The translations under genes and the position numbers were made by a program. The notes under the pieces were generated by a model. It did no database searches, was not told where the DNA came from, and worked only from the letters and a program-made list of their open reading frames with translations. Below are positions 16,035 through 22,650 of a stretch of DNA of 39,431 nt, in pieces; the stretch's first letter is position 1, and the number at the start of each line of letters is the position of its first letter. The DNA comes from a virus, in IMG/VR virus record IMGVR_UViG_3300017978_000163, positions 1 to 39,431 of that record. One strand, written 5' to 3'.

Positions 16035-17441
16035 TCAGTGTCCTTTCGATTGTCGGTATTGCTTGACTGCGTTGCGCAACCCAGCTTGGGTCGTGGCCTT
16101 CTCGTCAAGGGCCATCGCTTGTGCTCGGTCGAGCGTGTCCTGCATCAGGATGCGGTGGCACATGACTGGGGCACCTTGACCTTGGCGGCGCACTCGGGCG
16201 TTGAACTGCTCGTACAGGTCCAGCGACCAGTTCAGGCCGTACCACACAAGGATGTGGCCGTTCTTCTGCAAGCCGTCAATGCCGTGACCCATGCTGGCCG
16301 GGTGGCCGATCATCAGTTGGCAGTCGCCAATTTTCCAGCGGTGCATGGCGTTGGTCAGGGACGCTTCGGTCTTGCACTCGGTCAGGTTGATGGGGCGCAG
16401 CGCCTTGAACTTCTCCATGATCCGCGCAGCGTCAGACCGGTAGGCGTAGGCGCACAGGATGGGTGACCCCTGCGCTTCATCAATGATGTCCTCAAGCGCG
16501 TCGAGCTTCATGTCATGCACCGGCTCCCACAGCGGCATCCCTGCGATGGGGTACATGGCACCGTTGGAGAACTGCAAGCATTTGTTGGTGAGTGCCGCTT
16601 GGTTGAACGCTTCGATCTCTTTGCCGCTGTCGAGCACCATGAAGAACTCTTTCTCCAATCGGTCGTACTTGGCCCGCAGATCATCGGGCATGTCAATCTC
16701 GATGTCGTTGACAATGAGGTCGGGCAGCGGGTTGTAGTCCTCCGCGCTCATCTCCAACGTGATGTCACCGATCAGCTTTTTGATCGTGTCTTCGGTGTCC
16801 TCGTAGGGCACCTCTTTGTATGGCCCGACCTTCTTGTAAAACCGGGTGCGGAACGCCGTCTTACTGGTACCCAGACGCTCACCCTTGTCCACCACGAGAA
16901 ACTGGCCGTGGAGGTCTTTGTAGCCGTTGCTGGCTGGGGTGCCGGTGAGGCCCGTGGCCCAGTCGAACTGGTCAGCGATCTTGCGAAACGCTTTAACCCG
17001 GTTCGTGGCGCTGTTTTTCATCTTGCTGATCTCGTCCCAGATGATCCCGTTGAATGGCATCGGGCGGTTCTTCTTGACGAAGTACGTCTGCAAGGTTTCA
17101 GCAAGCCAGCCGAGGTTCTCGTAGTTGATCATGTACACGTCGGCGGGGCGCAGCAGGGCGCGGGTGCGCTGGTCCTTGGTGCCCGTGACCATGCTGAACT
17201 TCAAATGCTTGGTGTGCTCCCACTTTGCAGCCTCTTGACGCCACACCAGACGAATGACTCGGATGGGTGCGACGATGATGACGCCGCGCAGGAACTGGGT
17301 GCGGATCAGGTGGGCCAGCGTGGTCAATGTGATCACGGTCTTGCCCAGACCCATGTCCAGCCACAACATCGAGTGTGGGTGCGTGGACTGGAAGTTGACA
17401 GCCTTTTGCTGGTAGCCGTGGAGCAGGTCAGGTGTCAGCAT
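16035..17441 (-). CDS. SNF2-family (DEAD-like) helicase
   Basis: Motif I is LDMGLGKT, motif II is IWDEISKM and motif III is LTGTPASNG. A C-terminal helicase domain contains QFNARVRRQGQ. Confidence 0.85.
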   Translation of the reverse strand: MLTPDLLHGYQQKAVNFQSTHPHSMLWLDMGLGKTVITLTTLAHLIRTQFLRGVIIVAPIRVIRLVWRQEAAKWEHTKHLKFSMVTGTKDQRTRALLRPADVYMINYENLGWLAETLQTYFVKKNRPMPFNGIIWDEISKMKNSATNRVKAFRKIADQFDWATGLTGTPASNGYKDLHGQFLVVDKGERLGTSKTAFRTRFYKKVGPYKEVPYEDTEDTIKKLIGDITLEMSAEDYNPLPDLIVNDIEIDMPDDLRAKYDRLEKEFFMVLDSGKEIEAFNQAALTNKCLQFSNGAMYPIAGMPLWEPVHDMKLDALEDIIDEAQGSPILCAYAYRSDAARIMEKFKALRPINLTECKTEASLTNAMHRWKIGDCQLMIGHPASMGHGIDGLQKNGHILVWYGLNWSLDLYEQFNARVRRQGQGAPVMCHRILMQDTLDRAQAMALDEKATTQAGLRNAVKQYRQSKGH

Positions 17442-17719
17442 CCCATCACCATCACGTCGATCATGGTCTTGCCCTCGGCCACGTTGTCGATCACAAAGAC
17501 GTTCACTTTTTGCTGTCGGAGCCGGGTGTGCTCTCGGTCTTGTGCTGCTGTTGGCTTTTGGCCTTCACGCTTAAATTCACAGAACCACACACGGCCATCT
17601 GGCGAGATGAACATACGGTCAGGCACAGCAGCCCGTGCGGGGCTGGTGAACTTGTAAGCAAGCACACCCTTTGATTTGGCGTAGTCACAGACCTTGGCCT
17701 CAATTTGTTTTTCCAACAT
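17435..17719 (-). CDS. VRR-NUC domain nuclease
   Basis: 94 aa with a PD-(D/E)xK signature (PDRMFISPDGRVWFCEFKREG..LRQQKV). It has the usual partner position next to an SNF2 helicase. Confidence 0.75.
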   Translation of the reverse strand: MLEKQIEAKVCDYAKSKGVLAYKFTSPARAAVPDRMFISPDGRVWFCEFKREGQKPTAAQDREHTRLRQQKVNVFVIDNVAEGKTMIDVMVMGC

Positions 17720-17963
17720 TGCGTGTCTCCAGTTCGATCAGCAACTCGATGTAGTGCTTGGCCTTCTCAAGGTCAGCAATGCCGTTCTTCTTGCGCCAGC
17801 GGCTCACGTACTTGATCACGTTGCCCTCAAAGTACCCCAACGCGTTGGCGTGGATGTATTGGACGGGTTGGATCGGCAGGTCTTTGTAATGGTTGCCAGC
17901 AACCTGCTTGCCCAGTGCGTTGAACGCTTCCTCTTCTTCTCGGGTCACTTCAAACTCAGACAT
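17700..17963 (-). CDS. DUF3310 (SaV-like) family protein
   Basis: It matches the DUF3310 pattern: NHYKDLPIQPVQYI...GNVIKYVSRWRKKNGIADLEKAKHYIELL. Confidence 0.7.
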   Translation of the reverse strand: MSEFEVTREEEEAFNALGKQVAGNHYKDLPIQPVQYIHANALGYFEGNVIKYVSRWRKKNGIADLEKAKHYIELLIELETRNVGKTN

Positions 17964-19798
17964 AGTTTCTCCACTTCTTGAACGTAGTAGTCAAAATCCA
18001 CTGGCAGCTTGCCAGCTTCACGAATGTCGTTGCAGGGCTGCACACCCCACCCCGACTCAACACCAATCTTGCGCCACTGCTCGGGCTTGGCCTTCAAAGG
18101 CGGCATCCACTTAAACAGTCGGCCACCACCCTCGGCGATGTAGTAGCGCGTGATGTTCTGCAACTGCGAGGTCATGCCGTCACGCTCAATGGCTAGATGG
18201 CTGGACCGTGGCACCTTGGTGCGCAGCATGAAGTCCATGATGTCGGGCCACTTCTGCAAAGTCTGACGGATAGGGGCACCGTCAACCAACACCTTCTCGG
18301 CCACCTTGGCGACCACCATAGCGCCGTGGTTCTGGTGCCACTCCATGTCGTACTCGTAAGCCCCCTTGCGCTTGGTGCTGCCGTTTTCAAACACACCGAT
18401 GTAGTTGTTCACGTCACGGATCATCATGGCCTTGTAGACGGCCTCTTCAAGGTTCAGCCCGGTGCGAAGCTGCCACGCTGCGCGGGCCACGTCCACGAGC
18501 AGCTTGTGCTCACGGGGCACCTTGACAGTCAGGCCATCGGTGTTGACTTGGATCAGGCGCAGCCCGGGGATGTGCATCAGCCCCTCGGCCAGCAGACACA
18601 ACAGCAGTTGCCCGTTGAGCGTGATGCTCATGGTGAACAGCGGGTCGTAGAACACACTGAACTGGTTGTTGCTGTCACCGTACACACCGTTGAGCGCCAG
18701 CTTCAGCATCGCGCTTTCTGCTGACTTCTTGGGGTATGACTTGCGCTGCTCGAACAGGTGCTTGTAGATGCTGACAAACTCTTTGCCAAGGTGTGCCGGG
18801 TAGAACCCATTCGTGATTGCCAAGTTGGGGTAGTACGAGGTGACATCCAAGTCCACAATGATGAACTCAGCGTCCGACTCGATGACCTCCGACTCGATTG
18901 ATCCGTGGATGCCGCCAAGACCAAACACAAATGTGAATCCGTTGATGGTGGCCGTGAGGTCGGTGAAGACCCCTTTGGTTTCTGTGATCGACTGCGCCTT
19001 GAGCCAGTTGAGCACCCGGGTGAACTCGGACTGCTCAAAGTGAATCCACGGCAGGATGGCGTCCTTGAGCGCGATAACTGGGCGCTTGGTCTGCCGAGGT
19101 GTGCGACCCTTGGGGCCGAAGTCGTAACAGGCAACACCGGCCTCTTCCAGCTTCATGACGAAGTAGTCTTTGCCAATCTTGGTGTCGTTGTGGTTCATGA
19201 AGTCACGGTCGTACTTGCGCGTCAGTTCTTCACGGAACTGGATCATGTCAAGCGTCTGGTGATAGAACTTCTTGGTCTGGGCAACGTCGTGGGCGTTGTA
19301 CGCCTTGAGCACCGGCACTTGTCCCTGCGTGAGCACGGTGCCCACAGGAAACGGCAAGTCCTCGATGTTGTCGCTGCGCATGTTGAACTCCAAGACCTTC
19401 AAGCCGGTGGCTCGTGCCTTGTTATCGAAGTGATGAATCTTGAACAGGTCGATCTGCTGAACAAAGCGATCAGACGGGTTGACTTGGTGCATCCACTTGC
19501 TACCGTCTTCGTCTTGCGAGTTGATGATCGCCATCGCTTTTTGGTACAGGGTGTTGGCGTCACTGTGACCCATGCGGATCAGGGTGTGCAGCACAGGGTA
19601 GTCGAACCCGAGGCTGTTGAAGCCCACCATGCGGGCGTCGGTCTGCTTCAGGTACTGGACAAACTCGATGATGGCTCGGCTGTCGTTGCGCCAGTCACTG
19701 ATCTCGAACTCCCACTTTATGGGGAGCCATGCGTGTTCAGCGGCCAGCGTGAACACATTGGGGAATGTCTCAATATCCCAAACGATGTCGTTACTCAT
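17945..19798 (-). CDS. DNA polymerase, family-B-like, with an N-terminal DEDD 3'-5' exonuclease
   Basis: ExoI is WDIETFPN and ExoII is GFNSLGFDYPVL. Motif A is DLDVTSYYPNLAI (compare DxxSLYPS), motif B is KLALNGVYG (Kx3NSxYG) and motif C is QVNTDGL (compare DTDS). Confidence 0.8.
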   Translation of the reverse strand: MSNDIVWDIETFPNVFTLAAEHAWLPIKWEFEISDWRNDSRAIIEFVQYLKQTDARMVGFNSLGFDYPVLHTLIRMGHSDANTLYQKAMAIINSQDEDGSKWMHQVNPSDRFVQQIDLFKIHHFDNKARATGLKVLEFNMRSDNIEDLPFPVGTVLTQGQVPVLKAYNAHDVAQTKKFYHQTLDMIQFREELTRKYDRDFMNHNDTKIGKDYFVMKLEEAGVACYDFGPKGRTPRQTKRPVIALKDAILPWIHFEQSEFTRVLNWLKAQSITETKGVFTDLTATINGFTFVFGLGGIHGSIESEVIESDAEFIIVDLDVTSYYPNLAITNGFYPAHLGKEFVSIYKHLFEQRKSYPKKSAESAMLKLALNGVYGDSNNQFSVFYDPLFTMSITLNGQLLLCLLAEGLMHIPGLRLIQVNTDGLTVKVPREHKLLVDVARAAWQLRTGLNLEEAVYKAMMIRDVNNYIGVFENGSTKRKGAYEYDMEWHQNHGAMVVAKVAEKVLVDGAPIRQTLQKWPDIMDFMLRTKVPRSSHLAIERDGMTSQLQNITRYYIAEGGGRLFKWMPPLKAKPEQWRKIGVESGWGVQPCNDIREAGKLPVDFDYYVQEVEKLCLSLK

Positions 19799-19816
19799 TA
19801 CGGTTACCGGGTAGGT

Positions 19817-19862
19817 GGGGCCACTGTTCGATCCCCCGGGAACCCCCAGAGGCAGTGGCCCC
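19817..19862 (-). other. GC-rich stem-loop in the 71-nt SSB/polymerase intergenic gap
   Basis: GGGGCCACTG (19817..19826) pairs with CAGTGGCCCC (19853..19862) across a 26-nt loop. No T-run follows on the coding (minus) strand. Confidence 0.4.
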
Positions 19863-19869
19863 GATTCAA

Positions 19870-20535
19870 TTACTGCTGACCCATCATGAAGGGAGGCATG
19901 GGCATAGCAGCAGGTGCAGCGGCGGCAGGTGCGAACATGCCAGCAGGAGCAGCAGCCACAGCACCGAACATACCCGATGCGTCAACAGCACCTTCACCAA
20001 ACGGTGTGTCATCACCAGCGAACTGGACAGCGATCAAGTCGCAGCGGATACCGCGACCGTGCTTGTTGTCCTGCGGCCAAGGCTTGATGGCAGCGTTCAC
20101 ACGGCAACCACCGTACATCTTGCGGGCAAGCTGTTGGTAAGCCATCGTGTTGGCTGGGTCGATGGGAGTGCCATCGGCTTGAATCATCTGCGGTGGGTTG
20201 TCACGACCAGCGGTGATGAACACATGACCGGCGTAGCCATCGTAGGGTTGGAAGGTCTTCTTGTTGATCTTCTCTGAACCCATGCCGTAGCAGCGAGTCT
20301 TGCGATCCTGCTGGATCATTGCCATGACGGCTTGGGCGTGCTCTTTCCACTTCTCCAACGCCAAGGCACCGTAGCGCTGCATGAACTGCTGGAAGCCAGC
20401 GTGATCCTGCGGCATGATGAACTCGCAGTTATACGAGATGCGTTCCTTGCCGGTCTGCTCATTCACTTGGCGCTGGGGCTCAGCGAGGTGGGGGAAAGAC
20501 AAACGGACGTTCGACAAAAAGATGATTTCAGACAT
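19870..20535 (-). CDS. Phage ssDNA-binding protein, DUF2815-like
   Basis: The N-terminus (IIFLSNVRLSFPHLAEPQ) and the overall layout match DUF2815. The tail is a disordered Ala/Pro/Met-rich C-terminus. It is adjacent to a DUF2800-like gene. Confidence 0.6.
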   Translation of the reverse strand: MSEIIFLSNVRLSFPHLAEPQRQVNEQTGKERISYNCEFIMPQDHAGFQQFMQRYGALALEKWKEHAQAVMAMIQQDRKTRCYGMGSEKINKKTFQPYDGYAGHVFITAGRDNPPQMIQADGTPIDPANTMAYQQLARKMYGGCRVNAAIKPWPQDNKHGRGIRCDLIAVQFAGDDTPFGEGAVDASGMFGAVAAAPAGMFAPAAAAPAAMPMPPFMMGQQ

Positions 20536-20550
20536 TACATTTACTCCAGT

Positions 20551-21834
20551 TTAAGAAAGCCAAGCGGGAAGCTCGACGGGGGTTTCAACTGCGCTAAAGA
20601 GTGGCGCAGCATTCATGGTGACGGCTTTACGCTCGTCAGATTCAGGGGCGACGGTCAACTTGCCAGCCATCTTGACCACGTACTCTTGCTCCATGCGCTT
20701 GAGTTGGCGATCAGTCAGTGCCACCTTGGTGCCGTCACGTTTCTCCCACGTCAGCTTCTCAGCCTTGGCGGGGGACACGAGTTTGGTTTCGTACACAGCG
20801 GTCTTGGGGATGCCCATCTTGATCAGCTTCTCGGCCATCTGATCCTCGGGCAGTGCCCAAGCGCGGGAGCCACGACCGTTCACCAGTTTGAGGCCGGGAA
20901 TGATCTGACCAGACTCCATGCGACGCAGTGCTTCCTTCTCGACAGCTTCGAGTAGTTGGCGCATCAAGGGGGCGGCTTCCATGATCTGTGCGATCTGGGC
21001 ATCGTCCATCGTGGACGGGTCTTTGTTGGCAGATTGCTGCGCAACATCGGGCAGTTGAGTTACTGGTTGGAACATGACTCCCACTTCCTTCATTACGTTA
21101 CTTGCCAGCGCGGCGCAGGAGCCTTTGGCGCGGCAGAACTTACATTGACTATCACCCGGTACAAGCGGTGCATCTGGTTTGTCAGTTGCGGCAGCTTGAG
21201 CAATGATTGTACCCATGTTGCCCATCAGATTACTTACAGGCACTTCGCTGAACGTGATCGGAACCATGCTCTTGAGCGCCAGCTTGGGCTGGATGATCGT
21301 CATGCGAATCGTATTGAACGGGTAGACGCTGTTGACAGGCAACTTCAACTCAGCCAGTACACCGTAAGCGTACTGCTCAAGCTGCATGTTGCCCTCGGCG
21401 TTCACAACACCCATGCCGTCCTTGTAGTCGATCAACTCGATCCAGTCAGGGCCAATGATCTGGCAGTCCACGGTGCCCGACAAGTCATCACGACCCAGCA
21501 GGAACTTGGGGTCAACCTTTTGCTCCGAGATGACCTTGAACATGCCGTTCATGGATCGCTCACGAATGTAGTCGATGGCAACCTTGACCCGAGCGGCGCG
21601 GTCAGCGTCAACCTTAAAGGTGCCCTCGTGATCGGTAAAGGTTTCCCCCACCTGATCCATTGGGTCGGTCAGACCAGCCTTGATGCAGTGTTCCAACAGC
21701 GTGTGGCTGTGGGTACCGTCAATCGCGGCTGGACCGCTACCCTCGTCGGGGTACTTGGCTTCCTCTCGAATCGAGCCGGGGCACAAGGCCCAACGACTGC
21801 GCTTCGAGGGGGAGAGCATGGCGTGGGCGCTCAT
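20551..21834 (-). CDS. PD-(D/E)xK / Cas4-like exonuclease, DUF2800-like
   Basis: It has the N-terminal motif AHAMLSPSKRSRWALCPGS and a Cys cluster (QCKFCRAKGSCAA). The size is 427 aa. Confidence 0.65.
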   Translation of the reverse strand: MSAHAMLSPSKRSRWALCPGSIREEAKYPDEGSGPAAIDGTHSHTLLEHCIKAGLTDPMDQVGETFTDHEGTFKVDADRAARVKVAIDYIRERSMNGMFKVISEQKVDPKFLLGRDDLSGTVDCQIIGPDWIELIDYKDGMGVVNAEGNMQLEQYAYGVLAELKLPVNSVYPFNTIRMTIIQPKLALKSMVPITFSEVPVSNLMGNMGTIIAQAAATDKPDAPLVPGDSQCKFCRAKGSCAALASNVMKEVGVMFQPVTQLPDVAQQSANKDPSTMDDAQIAQIMEAAPLMRQLLEAVEKEALRRMESGQIIPGLKLVNGRGSRAWALPEDQMAEKLIKMGIPKTAVYETKLVSPAKAEKLTWEKRDGTKVALTDRQLKRMEQEYVVKMAGKLTVAPESDERKAVTMNAAPLFSAVETPVELPAWLS

Positions 21835-21836
21835 GG

Positions 21837-22271
21837 TCAGGCTTTCAAGGCTTCGATGCCTTGGTGCAGCGCACCATAATGCTCGGGCTTCACGTCGTTG
21901 ATGTTCTGGTAGCCGAGGCCAGTCAGGACACCTTGGATCTGTGCGCCCTTTTGTGGGCCAAGCGCCTTGTATGCGCCCATCACGTAGTCGATCAGACCCT
22001 TGCCATCGGCAAACGGCACACCAGCGGGTGCTGCGGCCACTGGGGCAGGTGCGACAAACGTAGGGGGTGCGGGCATTGCGGGTGCTGGTGCAGCCACGGG
22101 TGCTGGTGCAGCCACGGGTGCTGGTGCAGCGGCCACAGGTGCGGGTGCTTGTACCACGGGTGCGGGGGCTGGTGCAACAGGTGCGGCAGGTGCTACATTG
22201 CTCGACTCCATCTTGGCAGTCAGGGCGACCACAGCAGCGGTCAGGGCTTCGATCTTAGCTTCGAGTGACAT
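21837..22271 (-). CDS. Hypothetical protein with a Pro/Ala-repeat linker (144 aa)
   Basis: An N-terminal helix and a C-terminal globular part (GLIDYVMGAYKALGPQKGAQIQGVL) are joined by (APAPVAA)n. GGAGAAG SD. Confidence 0.6.
   Translation of the reverse strand: MSLEAKIEALTAAVVALTAKMESSNVAPAAPVAPAPAPVVQAPAPVAAAPAPVAAPAPVAAPAPAMPAPPTFVAPAPVAAAPAGVPFADGKGLIDYVMGAYKALGPQKGAQIQGVLTGLGYQNINDVKPEHYGALHQGIEALKA
22081..22137. repeat. 18-bp tandem repeat (about 3 copies) encoding the PA-rich linker
   Basis: GGTGCTGGTGCAGCCACG occurs twice exactly (22081..22116), followed by a degenerate third copy. Confidence 0.85.
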
Positions 22272-22458
22272 AAATCTTCTCCAGAGGATTACGGTTTACA
22301 GGGGGGTGGATGGTGACGCGATCTTCTACGAACGCATCGATGAGTTCACGCAAGACATCAGACGGTGTGCTAAACCTTGACGCCTTCGCATGAAACTTGA
22401 TTCGCGTCTTGTCAGTCACACGGGCTGACAGGTACGCTGATTTGGATTTTGGTGTCAT
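22255..22458 (-). CDS. Ribbon-helix-helix (Arc/CopG-like) DNA-binding protein, first gene of the leftward replication operon
   Basis: The segment SAYLSARVTDKTRIKFHAKASRFSTPSDVLRELIDAFVE fits a beta-strand plus two helices. The size is 67 aa. Confidence 0.5.
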   Translation of the reverse strand: MTPKSKSAYLSARVTDKTRIKFHAKASRFSTPSDVLRELIDAFVEDRVTIHPPVNRNPLEKIYVTRS

Positions 22459-22551
22459 GTTGAAAAATTCCGTGATTCAATGTTGTGATTGTTGCACAAC
22501 TGAGTTACACTTGTCAAACAGTTTAACAAATATTTTTTGGAGCGTTGCAAA
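22459..22551. promoter_or_regulatory. Divergent promoter/operator region between the replication operon (leftward) and the primase gene (rightward)
   Basis: On the minus strand there is TTGACA (22517..22512), an 18-nt spacer, then AACAAT. On the plus strand there is TTGTGA (22483), a 17-nt spacer, then TACACT (22506). The palindrome GTTGTG-N7-CACAAC (22482..22500) overlaps both candidates. Confidence 0.35.
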
Positions 22552-22650
22552 ATGACCAGTCAAAAAAAGACCCCGGGGGTTAGCCGGGGTCCAATGGAGA
22601 CACTCACTGAAACGTCGGCAACTGCGATCACCAACAAGGCAAGTGTATGA
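22552..22650 (+). CDS. Possible 32-codon leader ORF translationally coupled (ATGA) to the primase gene
   Basis: ATG 22552 has GGAG 9 nt upstream, and the stop overlaps ATG 22647. It is below the ORF-track size cut-off and contains the hairpin at 22569..22591. Confidence 0.25.
   Translation: MTSQKKTPGVSRGPMETLTETSATAITNKASV
22562..22591 (-). terminator. Leftward-oriented intrinsic terminator
   Basis: GACCCCGG pairs with CCGGGGTC (22569..22591, 7-nt loop). Seven T follow on the minus strand (A-run at 22562..22568 on plus). There is no T-run on the plus side. Confidence 0.55.

Noticed and set aside
19827-19852. TTCGATCCCCC resembles a tRNA T-loop (GGTTCGAATCC) in the 71-nt gap, raising the possibility of a tRNA gene.
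   Set aside because: I could not draw an acceptor stem, D-arm or anticodon arm on either strand. The flanking 10-bp stem is incompatible with a cloverleaf, and the gap is too short once the stem is accounted for.
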